Positions 1 to 9,468 of a DNA stretch of 64,000 bases are shown here, piece by piece. The notes below the pieces were generated by a model. That model was not told the origin of the DNA and searched no databases. It was given only the letters and a program-made list of their open reading frames with translations. Position 1 is the stretch's first letter. Each line of letters opens with the position of its first letter. Source of the DNA: Thermodesulfobacteriota bacterium. Lineage in GTDB: Bacteria > Desulfobacterota > Desulfobacteria > Desulfobacterales > SURF-7. Location of the stretch: positions 1-64,000 of the forward strand of contig JBMORA010000035.1 in assembly GCA_049320885.1 (NCBI GenBank), read 5' to 3'. The position numbers and the translations under genes were made by a program.

Positions 1-122
1 AACGAATGTTTGCGTGGATCCAAAACTTCAGGCGTTTGGTTGTTCGTTATGAGTACCATGCTGATAATTTTCTCGGACTACTTCAACTTGGGTGCGCGAT
101 TATCCTGCTCCGTTTATTTTGA
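1..122 (+). mobile_element. 3' end of IS5-family transposase (partial, runs off the window start)
   Basis: Frame from nt 3 reads [39 protein letters not shown], matching the IS5-family C-terminal pattern ERxFAWxxxFRRLxxRYE. Probable right end near TTTTGAGATGGCTTGTAG (117-134). Confidence 0.8.
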
Positions 123-168
123 GATGGCTTGTAGTTTGTTGAAACTGAAACATCATCGGTTTTTAATA

Positions 169-201
169 TTCTGTCTCCTGACTTCTGTCTCCTGACTTCT
201 G
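169..201. repeat. Tandem repeat (TTCTGTCTCCTGAC) x2.4 with underlying 7-bp period
   Basis: Read directly: ttctgtctcctgac ttctgtctcctgac ttctg. Confidence 0.85.
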
Positions 202-312
202 CCCAATGCCTGAAACCGTGTTCTGTGTAAATCGCAAGTTGAAGTTTCGATTTGCACGAATTCCGATTCAATGGCTTGGATTTTTGGTTCTATAGCAGGG
301 ACGCTGGCAGTC

Positions 313-510
313 TCACCCGGCGGCATCGCCGGGTTCATCGCGGCCGGACGACCGCCGGCGAGTTTTGACAAGCCCCTTGTCGAAGGAGACGAGCAGCGCG
401 CCCGGTTTCGCCGACTTCACGCATACGATGCAATCCACGATATCGATGGTAGTTTCGGAAAAAAGCATCAAGGCCTGAATCAATTCCTCCTGATCGGTAG
501 GGACAAAAAA
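313..510 (-). pseudogene. C-terminal fragment of a PIN-domain (VapC-like) protein
   Basis: EELIQALMLFSETTIDIVDCIVCVKSAKPGALLVSFDKGLVK fits the PIN C-terminal pattern (D-x-x-D ... LxSFDK). No N-terminal half; similarity stops at the repeat starting at 512. Confidence 0.6.
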
Positions 511-511
511 C

Positions 512-579
512 AGGTTATAGGGGGATAGCCGATAGGCTATAGGGCTGGAGGATGTTGGACCATTTTCCCCATTGACCAT
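512..579 (+). repeat. ATAGGCT-heptamer element, copy 1
   Basis: aggttatagggggatagccgataggctatagg...tgttggaccattttccccattgaccat; degenerate direct copy of 878-957. Confidence 0.8.
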
Positions 580-588
580 ACTCCATCG

Positions 589-611
589 GTGGGAGCGGCT
601 TTCAGCCGCGA
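589..611 (+). repeat. REP-like palindrome GTGG-GAGCGGCT-TTC-AGCCGCGA
   Basis: GTRG tetranucleotide followed by a GC-rich hairpin, the layout of RAYT-associated REPs. Confidence 0.6.
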
Positions 612-877
612 TACGGCCGTGCCGGAAATCAAGGTTCAGCCCAAAACCGACAGCAGCAACGCTAATCACAAGAGCTTCTATAAGAATGTCTTTCCCTCTC
701 TTGGTCAGGCACCTGTAGATTATTTATTGTTGACTCAGCCGTTGAAATGCGTTTTGACCGCTCAAGGATTCATTCCACTCCGCGGGGATGGGGCTGGGGC
801 ACCCGTGCCGTGAACGTGCATGCAGGAACTGAAAAAACCAATGATTGAGAAGCGTTTCGACATACCGCTGATAAAGC

Positions 878-957
878 AGGCTATAGGGGGATAGGCTATA
901 GGCTATAAGGCTTTTGGTTGTTGGTCTTTTCCTATTCACTATTCTCCTATTGACTAT
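878..957 (+). repeat. ATAGGCT-heptamer element, copy 2 (left arm of IR around the four-helix-bundle gene)
   Basis: 878-907 aggctatagggggataggctataggctata is the exact reverse complement of 1351-1380. Confidence 0.9.
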
Positions 958-972
958 GGACTGTTTTCCCCC

Positions 973-1332
973 ATGCGCGATCACAGAAAATTGAAAGCCT
1001 TCGAACTAGCCGATGAAGCAGCCATGCTGGTTTATCGGATAACCAAGGCGTTCCCGAGGGAGGAAATGTTCGGCCTGACGTCACAGATGCGCAGGGCGGC
1101 TGTCTCCGTTCCCTCCAACATCGTGGAAGGCTGCGCCCGGGACAGCGAGGCGGATTATATTCGCTTCCTCGATATCGCCTTCGGTTCGCTACGGGAGCTG
1201 CAATATCAAGTCAGCCTTGCAAAGCGGCTGGGATATCTGTGTGACCAGGATGCATCGGCCGTCGAACCAAAACTGCTGGAAGCTGAAAAGGTTCTGGGGG
1301 GATTGATCCATCGGTTGAGAAACAGGGAATAG
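973..1332 (+). CDS. Four helix bundle protein (23S rRNA IVP / bAvd-like family)
   Basis: FPREEMFGLTSQMRRAAVSVPSNIVEG...RFLDIAFGSLRELQYQ family signature; 119 aa. Confidence 0.95.
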   Translation: MRDHRKLKAFELADEAAMLVYRITKAFPREEMFGLTSQMRRAAVSVPSNIVEGCARDSEADYIRFLDIAFGSLRELQYQVSLAKRLGYLCDQDASAVEPKLLEAEKVLGGLIHRLRNRE

Positions 1333-1380
1333 GGAATAGGTTGTTTTTCCTATAGCCTATAGCCTATCCCCCTATAGCCT
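1322..1380 (-). repeat. ATAGGCT-heptamer element, copy 3 (right arm)
   Basis: acagggaatagggaatagg...tatagcctatagcctatccccctatagcct; 30-bp perfect IR with 878-907 plus an imperfect inner extension. Confidence 0.9.
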
Positions 1381-1403
1381 TATTTTTTCCATAGGAAGCG
1401 AGC

Positions 1404-2861
1404 GTGTCTGCAATTCTCATCACGACTGTTTATTTGATGGCGTTGTCGAGCCTTTCGCTGTTCGGCCTGCACAAGATGTTTCTCCTGTATTTGTTCCGCA
1501 GACACCTGGGGGAGCCGGTGGTCCGGCCGAAGGACCCGGCGGAATGGCCGGAAGTGGTGGTGCAGCTGCCGGTCTATAATGAGCGCTATGTGCTCCATCG
1601 CCTGGTTCGCGCGGTGACCCGGCTGGAGTATCCGAAACGGAAACTCCATATCCAGGTGCTGGACGATTCTGACGACGCCACCTCCCGGCTGGCGGCGAAA
1701 CTGGTCGCGCATTTCCGGAAACAGGGCTTTCGGTTCGATCATGTGCGGCGGCCGCACCGGAACGGCTTCAAGGCCGGGGCCCTGCAGCACGGTCTCGGTA
1801 TTTCGACGGCCGGCATTGTCGCGATTTTCGACGCGGATTTCCTGCCGCCGCCGGATTTCCTGAAGCGCACGGTGCCCCATCTTTTAGAGGAAGGCGTGGG
1901 CATGGTGCAGACCCGCTGGGGGCATCTCAACCGCGAGTACTCCCTGCTCACCAGACTCCAGGCGGTTCTGCTCGACGGGCATTTCGTCATCGAGCATTTC
2001 GCGCGCCACCGTTCGGGCCGGTTTTTCAATTTCAACGGCACGGCCGGCGTCTGGCGCCGGGAGGCCATCGAGGAAGCCGGCGGCTGGCAACACGATACCC
2101 TGACGGAGGATCTGGATCTGAGTTACCGCGCCCAGCTTCGGGGCTGGCGATTCGTGTATCTGCCGGAAGTGGTCGCCCCGGCGGAGCTGCCGGCGGAAAT
2201 CAACGCCTTCAAAAACCAGCAGCACCGCTGGGCCAAGGGGTCGATCCAGACCGGCCGCAAGCTGCTGCCGCGGATCTGGCGCAGCGCCTTGCCTTTCCCG
2301 GTCAAGCTGGAGGCCACGGTTCACCTGACCGGCAACCTTTCCTACCTCCTGATGGCCGTGCCTTCCCTGTTCCTCATTCCGGTTTCGCTGCTGGAGGTGG
2401 AACCGGCCGTCAACCGTCCCCTGTTTCTCTATCTGGTGGTGTTTTTCATGGCCTCCTTTTCGGTCTGTCTGTATTACGGCCAGGCGATCCGCATGGTTTC
2501 CGGCGGTCTCTGGCCGCAGGTTCTGCTCCTGCCCGCCGTGATGGCCCTGGGCATCGGTCTCACGGTGAACAACGGCCTGGCCGTTTTGGAGGCCCTGCTG
2601 GGATGGGACTCCCCGTTCATCCGCACCCCGAAATTCCGCATCGAAGGCCGCCGGCACACCTGGAAGGGCAAGCGCTACCGGGCGGACCGGCGCTTGCTGT
2701 TCCTCGCCGAGTTTTTCCTGGGAATCTATTTCTCCTGGGGATTGTTGCTGTTTCTGCAGAACGGGTTCTGGTGGAGCCTGCCGTTCCTCCTGCTGTTTCA
2801 AGCCGGATTCCTGTACACGGCAGTCCAGTCGTTTCATCAGGGCATGGGATGGAAACCATGA
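1404..2861 (+). CDS. Processive GT2 glycosyltransferase (cellulose synthase-like)
   Basis: D,D,D,QxxRW set (VLDDS, FDADF, TEDLD, QQHRW); N- and C-terminal TM segments; GTG start. Confidence 0.92.
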   Translation: MSAILITTVYLMALSSLSLFGLHKMFLLYLFRRHLGEPVVRPKDPAEWPEVVVQLPVYNERYVLHRLVRAVTRLEYPKRKLHIQVLDDSDDATSRLAAKLVAHFRKQGFRFDHVRRPHRNGFKAGALQHGLGISTAGIVAIFDADFLPPPDFLKRTVPHLLEEGVGMVQTRWGHLNREYSLLTRLQAVLLDGHFVIEHFARHRSGRFFNFNGTAGVWRREAIEEAGGWQHDTLTEDLDLSYRAQLRGWRFVYLPEVVAPAELPAEINAFKNQQHRWAKGSIQTGRKLLPRIWRSALPFPVKLEATVHLTGNLSYLLMAVPSLFLIPVSLLEVEPAVNRPLFLYLVVFFMASFSVCLYYGQAIRMVSGGLWPQVLLLPAVMALGIGLTVNNGLAVLEALLGWDSPFIRTPKFRIEGRRHTWKGKRYRADRRLLFLAEFFLGIYFSWGLLLFLQNGFWWSLPFLLLFQAGFLYTAVQSFHQGMGWKP

Positions 2862-4315
2862 AAAGCGCGGCCAGGTATGATTGGGTATGGGTGGTTTCCT
2901 TGTCGGGCCTGGTGTCCGGCGGGTTGGCCATGGGCCTGCTCTCCAGCCGGTTCGGCGGGAACCGCGGGTTGGTTGAAAAGCCGGTACTGGGGATGGCGGC
3001 CGTCTATGTTTTCTGGGGAGTGGCCTATTTCCTGCCGGTTTGGAAGGCCAGGATCGGCTGGAATAAAACCCCTGTGCGGGCGGGCTCCCCTTCCGGCGAA
3101 AGGCGGGCGGAAAACCGGCGGCTTCTGGTTTCGATGATCGTCGCCGGCGTGCTCATGCGCCTTACCATGCTGTTCTCCGTGCCGATCCTCGAGGTCGATT
3201 ATCACCGGTATTTGTGGGACGGGGCCCAGTCGGCGGCGGGTTTCTCTCCCTATGCTGTCGCGCCGGCGGCGGCCCTTGAAGGCGGCCCCGCGGTCCCGCC
3301 GGAACTGAACCGCCTGGCCCGGGAGGCGGCAGCGGAGGTCGGCCGCATCAACCACGCCCGCCTGCGCACCATCTATCCGCCGACGGCCCAGGGATTTTTT
3401 TATCTGGCCCATCTGCTGCGGCCTTTCAGCCTCACGGCCTGGCGTCTGGTGCTGCTGGCCGCGGATGGCGCCACCCTGGTGCTGTTGCTGATCGTTCTGC
3501 GGCGGTTGCGGATGCCCCACGAACAAACGTATCTGTATTGGTGCAATCCCTTGCTGATCAAGGAAATTCATAATTCCGGCCATATGGATGTGTTGCTGTT
3601 TCCCTTTTTGCTGGCGGTTTTTTGGTGCCTGATGCAAAACCGTTCCGGCTGGGCCGGGTTTTTCCTGGCCCTGGCCGCGGGGGTCAAAATCTGGCCTGTA
3701 TTGTTGCTGCCGCTGCTGCTCGGTGCGGCTTTCCCCGATTACCGCAGACTCGCCCGGCTGGTCATGGTTTTTTCAGGAATATCGGCAATGCTGGTAGTGG
3801 TTTCCGGTTTTCCCGGTCCCCTGGACGCCTCTTCCGGCCTCTTGGCCTACAGCCGGTCCTGGGAGAACAACGCGGGTTTTTTCCGGTTGGCGGAGGCGGG
3901 GCTGGGCCGCCTGCTGCCGCTGGTGGATACCCACCCCGGACACGCCCAGCGGTTGTCCCGGATCTTGACGGCGGTCCTGCTGGCAGGGATCGCCTGGACC
4001 GTCGCGTTGCGGAAGGACGATTCCCCGGATGCACTGTGCCGCAAGGCCCTGACAATCATTGCGGCCCTGTTTCTCCTGGGACCGACCCAGTTTCCCTGGT
4101 ATTACACCTGGCTGCTTCCCTTCCTGGTCATCCGTCCGAACACGGCCCTGCTGCTGCCGACCCTGCTCCTGCCGCTCTACTATCTGCGGTATCACCTGGA
4201 GGCCCGGGGGATGATGGAATTCCTGCCCCTGGTGATCGGTTTTGAATTCCTTCCGGTCTGGGGGCTGCTGGCCCTGGATCTGACAAGGAGGATGGGAAGC
4301 CATGCGGGACGGTAG
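2858..4315 (+). CDS. Polytopic GT-C fold glycosyltransferase (GT87/DUF2029-like)
   Basis: DYHRYLWDG and TIYPP motifs, many TM helices; ATG at 2858 overlaps the upstream stop (ATGA). Confidence 0.8.
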   Translation: MKSAARYDWVWVVSLSGLVSGGLAMGLLSSRFGGNRGLVEKPVLGMAAVYVFWGVAYFLPVWKARIGWNKTPVRAGSPSGERRAENRRLLVSMIVAGVLMRLTMLFSVPILEVDYHRYLWDGAQSAAGFSPYAVAPAAALEGGPAVPPELNRLAREAAAEVGRINHARLRTIYPPTAQGFFYLAHLLRPFSLTAWRLVLLAADGATLVLLLIVLRRLRMPHEQTYLYWCNPLLIKEIHNSGHMDVLLFPFLLAVFWCLMQNRSGWAGFFLALAAGVKIWPVLLLPLLLGAAFPDYRRLARLVMVFSGISAMLVVVSGFPGPLDASSGLLAYSRSWENNAGFFRLAEAGLGRLLPLVDTHPGHAQRLSRILTAVLLAGIAWTVALRKDDSPDALCRKALTIIAALFLLGPTQFPWYYTWLLPFLVIRPNTALLLPTLLLPLYYLRYHLEARGMMEFLPLVIGFEFLPVWGLLALDLTRRMGSHAGR

Positions 4316-4994
4316 GAAGACCTGCGTGATCATTCCGGCCCTGAACGAGGAACGCTCCATCGCCAGGGTCATCGAAGAAATCCCTTGCTGGGTGGACGAC
4401 ATCATCGTGGCGGACAACGGTTCCACTGACGGGACGCCCCGGGCGGCCCGGGCGGCCGGGGCCCGGGTGGTGATCGAACCCCGGCGGGGGTATGGTTCGG
4501 CCTGCCTGAAAGCGCTTGCGATGGTGCAGGCGCCGGATGTCATCGTCTTCCTGGATGGGGATTACAGCGATTTCCCGGCGGAAATGGATTCCCTGGTGGA
4601 CCCGATTTTGGGAAACCGGGCGGACCTGGTGATCGGTTCGCGGATTGCGGGCCCGCGGCAGCCGGGTGCGCTGACCCCCCAGGCCTTGTTCGGGAACTGG
4701 CTGTCCTGCCGGTTGATGTATTGGATCTGGGGAGTGGCATTCACGGATCTGGGGCCGTTCCGGGCCATCCGCTATTCCTCCCTGAAGAGGCTTTCCATGG
4801 CCGACCCGGACTACGGCTGGACCGTCGAAATGCAGATCAAGGCCGTGGTCACGGGATTGCGGTGTCTGGAGATTCCGGTGGGCTACCGGAAGCGGATCGG
4901 GAAATCAAAGGTTTCCGGTACCTTGCGGGGCGTCATCGGCGCGGGGACCAAAATCCTGTGGCTGATCGCGAGAAACGCTGTAGCTGGTCCATAG
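4302..4994 (+). CDS. GT2 glycosyltransferase (polyprenol-phosphate glycosyltransferase-like)
   Basis: IIPALNEE, ADNGSTDGT, FLDGDYSD, TDLGPFRAI. Confidence 0.9.
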   Translation: MRDGRKTCVIIPALNEERSIARVIEEIPCWVDDIIVADNGSTDGTPRAARAAGARVVIEPRRGYGSACLKALAMVQAPDVIVFLDGDYSDFPAEMDSLVDPILGNRADLVIGSRIAGPRQPGALTPQALFGNWLSCRLMYWIWGVAFTDLGPFRAIRYSSLKRLSMADPDYGWTVEMQIKAVVTGLRCLEIPVGYRKRIGKSKVSGTLRGVIGAGTKILWLIARNAVAGP

Positions 4995-5066
4995 GGAAAT
5001 AGCAAATAGGAAAAGCCCAACCGCCTACAGCCCCACAGCCTACAGCCTATCCCCCTATAGCCTATC
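4988..5066 (-). repeat. ATAGGCT-heptamer element, copy 4
   Basis: tccatagggaaatagcaaataggaaaagcccaac...agcctatccccctatagcct; near full-length inverse of 878-960, lying between convergent stop codons. Confidence 0.85.
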
Positions 5067-5068
5067 AA

Positions 5069-5986
5069 CTATCCTTCCTTCAGCTTCAGATCATAGGACT
5101 TGACCCGCAGGGCGGGGAAGTAGGATTGCTTGGCCTTGGCCAGGCCGGGCAGACCCATGTCGCTTTCCTTGTTGATATAGGTGTACCCGCTGAAAAGGCG
5201 GCGGGCGCATTCCCGGTCCAGGTACTGGTAGAGCCCCTTGATGGCCGCGAAGGCTTTCTCGAAATGAAGCACGCCGATGTCGTCGGTGAGACGGGAGGCG
5301 ATGCCCAGGGCGCTCACGACACCGTCCACCCGGATCAGGATGCCGTCCATTTTCACCAGTTCCAGGTTTTCCAGGGCGTTGATGGCCGCGATTTTTTCAC
5401 AGGCCAGCTCGCTGCCGGGGTCATGACCGCAATCCCGCTCCAGGCACCAGGCCTCGATGAAATCCGCGCATTCGGTTTCGGCTTCCGGCGTGATGGCCGT
5501 GACGGCCACCCGGTCCGCATTCAGGTAGGTGCGTTCGAATTGCTTGATGAGGTTCCTTTTCTTGGCATAGCGGTTGCCGGCAAGGGCGGCCAGATCCGCC
5601 GTAAAATAGATATAATCCTCGAAATCGGGTTCCTCCTGGATGCGGAAGTGGGCCTGGATATCGGCCGTGGAATACCGGGCGAGATAGTCCTCGGGAACAA
5701 ACCGGTAGGAATGGAAACCGAGTTCCCGGGCCTTGGCCGCCAGCCAGGCGGGCGGAAAATCCCGGTCCGGCGCAATGGGCAGGATCAGGTGGCGGTTTTC
5801 GCGGATATCGCTGAACTCGAACCCGATGAACAGGGCGCCGTCCAACACCTCCGCATAAGGCTGGAACTTTTCGTTGCGCCAAACCAGCAGGGAGGAAAGG
5901 GAATAGATGCTCAGCCGGTATCGCTGGCGGAGGAAAAAGGGTTGCAACTCGTCGTATCGTTCGGGCAGCAGTGGTGGTAACTTCAT
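5069..5986 (-). CDS. DUF2156 / aminoacyl-phosphatidylglycerol synthase C-terminal-like protein
   Basis: DYIY...LAGNRYAKKRNLIKQF, HFEKA, YINKESDMGLPGLAKAKQSYFP. Confidence 0.85.
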   Translation of the reverse strand: MKLPPLLPERYDELQPFFLRQRYRLSIYSLSSLLVWRNEKFQPYAEVLDGALFIGFEFSDIRENRHLILPIAPDRDFPPAWLAAKARELGFHSYRFVPEDYLARYSTADIQAHFRIQEEPDFEDYIYFTADLAALAGNRYAKKRNLIKQFERTYLNADRVAVTAITPEAETECADFIEAWCLERDCGHDPGSELACEKIAAINALENLELVKMDGILIRVDGVVSALGIASRLTDDIGVLHFEKAFAAIKGLYQYLDRECARRLFSGYTYINKESDMGLPGLAKAKQSYFPALRVKSYDLKLKEG

Positions 5987-6408
5987 GGTCGTATATTCAG
6001 CATGGGCGCGGCGTCGGGCATGACCCGGAAACCGAGGGGTTCATAAAACGGGCCGGCGTTTCGTTCCGCGATGAGACCGATCCATTTCAGGCCGTCCTGT
6101 TCCAGGCGCGCCACCAGTCGCCGGATGATTTCCGTTCCGATTCCGCGGCTGCGGTGCTCCGGATGGACCGTGACGTCCTGAATGTAGGCGTCGCTGGCCC
6201 GGTCGCTGATGGCCCGGCCCATGCCGACGATGGTCTTTCCGGATTCCGCTGTCAAAAAACAGTGGCTGCCGCGAACGATTCTTTCCAGCAGCAGCCCGTC
6301 GTCCGCCCGGTCTCCGGCGCTGGACCACCAGCCTGCCTGACGATAGAGCTGCAGGAGGTCGGAAATCTGGGAAACGCCCGGACGGGATAGAAATGTATAT
6401 CGGATCAT
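5983..6408 (-). CDS. GNAT N-acetyltransferase
   Basis: IQDVTVHPEHRSRGIG motif A; FYEPLGF. Confidence 0.9.
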   Translation of the reverse strand: MIRYTFLSRPGVSQISDLLQLYRQAGWWSSAGDRADDGLLLERIVRGSHCFLTAESGKTIVGMGRAISDRASDAYIQDVTVHPEHRSRGIGTEIIRRLVARLEQDGLKWIGLIAERNAGPFYEPLGFRVMPDAAPMLNIRP

Positions 6409-7337
6409 TTTTTGATTTTTGTTTTTTCAGCAGGCAGAGCGGGAATGAAGGAAGATCGGTTGCGGCCCTGATCCTTGGAAAGATACATGGCCTTGTCGGC
6501 GCGCTGGACAAAGCTGGAAATGCGTTCGTCGGGCACATATTCGGTGACGCCGATGCTGACGGTGATTCTCAACTCGATGCCCGGAAGGGGGGAAAAGACC
6601 TCGGATTCGATGGCCGTCCGAATGCGGTCCGCCACCACCACCGCCTCCTCGCAACCCGTTTCCGGGAGAATGACGGTGAATTCCTCTCCGCCGTACCGAT
6701 GGGCCGTATCCATTCTTCGGAGGCAGGATTTGATGATCTGGCCGAAACGCACCAGCACCTTGTCGCCTTCCAGATGGCCGTAGGTGTCGTTATAGCGCTT
6801 GAAATGATCGATGTCGATGAGCAGCAGGGAGAGGGCGTGGTTGTATCGTTTCAACCGGTCCACCTCCAGATCGAGCTGCTTGTAAAAATACCGGGAATTG
6901 TACAGCTTGGTCAGACCGTCGGTGATGGCCAGCTTTTTCAGCTTCTCCAGCATGTGGTCCCGTTCTTCGGCCAGCTGGCGCTCTTTCAGCACCCGCTTCA
7001 GGCGCAGGAGCAATTCCTCGAAGCGGACCGGTTTGAACACAAAATCGCTGGCGCCCTTGCTGATGGCCTCCTCATAGGAATGATCGCCGCTGTAGCCGGT
7101 CATCACAATGACGTCGGCATCGTATTCCTTTTTGATGATGTTGGTCAGTTCCAGACCGTCCATGCCCAGCATCATGATATCCGTGACCACGATGTCCGCC
7201 TGGTTGGTCTTGAGGTATTCGATGGCCTCCTCGGCGCTGGAAACCGACTCGGCGGTAAACTCTTCCATTTCGAGGAATTCCTGCATGGATTCCCGGATGG
7301 CGGCATCGTCGTCGACAATGAGGATATTGGGTTTCAT
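6405..7337 (-). CDS. Response regulator / diguanylate cyclase (REC-GGDEF)
   Basis: REC (ILIVDDD, VTDIMM, FKP) plus GGEEF with RxxD I-site (RRMD). Start placed at MKPNIL. Confidence 0.92.
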   Translation of the reverse strand: MKPNILIVDDDAAIRESMQEFLEMEEFTAESVSSAEEAIEYLKTNQADIVVTDIMMLGMDGLELTNIIKKEYDADVIVMTGYSGDHSYEEAISKGASDFVFKPVRFEELLLRLKRVLKERQLAEERDHMLEKLKKLAITDGLTKLYNSRYFYKQLDLEVDRLKRYNHALSLLLIDIDHFKRYNDTYGHLEGDKVLVRFGQIIKSCLRRMDTAHRYGGEEFTVILPETGCEEAVVVADRIRTAIESEVFSPLPGIELRITVSIGVTEYVPDERISSFVQRADKAMYLSKDQGRNRSSFIPALPAEKTKIKK

Positions 7338-7465
7338 GGAGTCCGCGTCCGATTTGTAGTCCGCCTGAACAAGAAATTGCAGATCCGGCCGGTCATTTGG
7401 ATGTTTGCTTGACATGCGTTCCCGTAGTTTGATAACTAAGCGCTTTCATTTTTAAAAATATTGGT

Positions 7466-7494
7466 ATAATAATGCCTTGATGTCCGAGTGTCAA
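7466..7494 (-). promoter_or_regulatory. sigma70-type promoter for the DGC operon
   Basis: Minus strand TTGACA-17 bp-TATTAT. Confidence 0.6.
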
Positions 7495-7546
7495 CTTTCT
7501 TTTACCGGGGAGGACCCATGCGGAGACAGGCGCGCGGGGAGAAAAA

Positions 7547-9340
7547 GTGAAACAAATTCGTAATTTCAGTATTATCGCCCATATTGATCACGGCAAATCG
7601 ACGCTTTCCGACAGGTTGATACAAGCTACCGGAATCGTTCCAGATCGTGAGTTCATGGATCAGATTCTGGATACCATGGATATCGAGAGGGAGCGGGGGA
7701 TCACCATCAAGAGCAACACCATTTGTCTCCCGTATAAAGCCCAGGACGGAAAAACCTATTCGTTGAACCTGATCGACACGCCGGGGCATGTGGATTTTAC
7801 CTACGAGGTTTCCAGGGCGCTGGCGTCCTGTGAGGGGGCCTTTTTGCTCGTCGACGCCAGCCAGGGGGTCGAAGCCCAGACCCTGGCCAATCTGTATCTC
7901 GCCATGGAGCACAATCTGGAAATCATTCCCGTGATCAACAAAATCGATCTGCCGTCCGCCGACGTGGAATGGGTGAAAAACCAGCTGGAAGAGGACCTGG
8001 GGCTCGATCCCCAGACCGCCATCTGCACGTCGGCCAAGGAAGGCATCGGCATAACGGAGGTGCTGGAGAGCGCCGTCAAGTTGCTGCCGGCGCCCAAGGG
8101 TGATCCGGCAGCGCCCCTCCAGGCCCTGATCTTTGACTCCCATTATGACGCTTATCGCGGAACCATTGTACATATCCGTGTTTTCCAGGGCGCGATCCGG
8201 GCCGGGGATACCATTATCTTCATGTCCAACCGGGCGGCTTATCGGGTGGAAGAAGTGGGGGTCTTTCAGATCAAACGGGTTCCCCGGCCGGAATTGTCCG
8301 CCGGTGAGGTGGGGTACATTATCGCCGGAATCAAGACCGTCAGCGATACCCGCTGCGGCGACACCATCACCCTGAAAAACAGATCCTGCGAAGCCCCCCT
8401 GCCGGGGTTCAAGGACGCAAAACCCGTCGTATTTTCATCCATTTATCCGGTGGCCGCCGATGATTACGTGGAACTCAGCGAAGCCATCGAAAAACTGAAG
8501 CTGAACGACGCCGCCCTGATTTATGAAAAGGACAGCTCCGCGGCCCTGGGTTTCGGTTTCCGTTGCGGGTTCCTGGGGTTGCTGCATCTGGAAGTGGTCC
8601 AGGAGCGGCTGGAGCGGGAATATGATCTTTCCCTCATTATAACGGCGCCCTCGGTCCGGTACGAACTGATCATGTTTGACGGTGAAACCGTCATGATCGA
8701 CAATCCGGCCCTGTATCCCGATCCCACCACCATCCAGGCCGCCAAGGAACCGTTCATCCGGGCCACCATCATCACTCCCGACCGGTACATGGGCGCCATC
8801 ATGAAGCTGTGTATGGACCGGCGCGGCGTCAACTCCAATTACCAGTATTTGACCAACAGCCGCCTGGAAATGAAATTCGAGCTGCCCCTGGCGGAAGTGG
8901 TGTACGATTTTTACGACAAGCTCAAATCCATCACCCAGGGATATGGTTCCTTCGACTACGAAATTCTGGAATACCGGGAAACGGATCTGGTGAAGGTCGA
9001 TATCCTGATCAACGGCGACAAGGTGGACGCCCTGTCCCAGCTGATCCACCGGGACCGGGCCACGGAGCGGGCGCGGATGGCCTGCGAGCGCCTCAAGGAG
9101 GAAATTCCGCGCCAGATGTTCAAGATCGCCATTCAGGGGGCCATCGGCGCTAAAATCATTTCCCGGGAGACCATCTCCCCCTTCCGCAAGGACGTAACGG
9201 CCAAATGTTACGGTGGCGACATTTCCCGGAAACGGAAACTATTGGAAAAACAGAAAAAGGGGAAAAAACGCATGAAAATGGTCGGGCAGGTGATGATTCC
9301 CCAGTCCGCCTTCCTGTCGGTGCTGAAAACCGAAGATTGA
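7547..9340 (+). CDS. lepA: Elongation factor 4 (LepA)
   Basis: [42 protein letters not shown]. Confidence 0.98.
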   Translation: MKQIRNFSIIAHIDHGKSTLSDRLIQATGIVPDREFMDQILDTMDIERERGITIKSNTICLPYKAQDGKTYSLNLIDTPGHVDFTYEVSRALASCEGAFLLVDASQGVEAQTLANLYLAMEHNLEIIPVINKIDLPSADVEWVKNQLEEDLGLDPQTAICTSAKEGIGITEVLESAVKLLPAPKGDPAAPLQALIFDSHYDAYRGTIVHIRVFQGAIRAGDTIIFMSNRAAYRVEEVGVFQIKRVPRPELSAGEVGYIIAGIKTVSDTRCGDTITLKNRSCEAPLPGFKDAKPVVFSSIYPVAADDYVELSEAIEKLKLNDAALIYEKDSSAALGFGFRCGFLGLLHLEVVQERLEREYDLSLIITAPSVRYELIMFDGETVMIDNPALYPDPTTIQAAKEPFIRATIITPDRYMGAIMKLCMDRRGVNSNYQYLTNSRLEMKFELPLAEVVYDFYDKLKSITQGYGSFDYEILEYRETDLVKVDILINGDKVDALSQLIHRDRATERARMACERLKEEIPRQMFKIAIQGAIGAKIISRETISPFRKDVTAKCYGGDISRKRKLLEKQKKGKKRMKMVGQVMIPQSAFLSVLKTED

Positions 9341-9468
9341 ACGGAAAGGTTTTCCCGCTGAAACGGGCAATCGCCCTTGACAGACGGGAGGTCCCATTGT
9401 ATCCAGTAATCGTTCTGCAACCGCATTCCCATTGTCAACGCAAACGCCGGTCGGCGGGGTTGGAATCC

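Noticed and set aside
271..528. 85-aa plus-strand ORF
   Set aside because: No family signal; the opposite strand carries the PIN-like fragment.
878..1380. 23S rRNA intervening sequence
   Set aside because: The flanks are not rRNA sequence.
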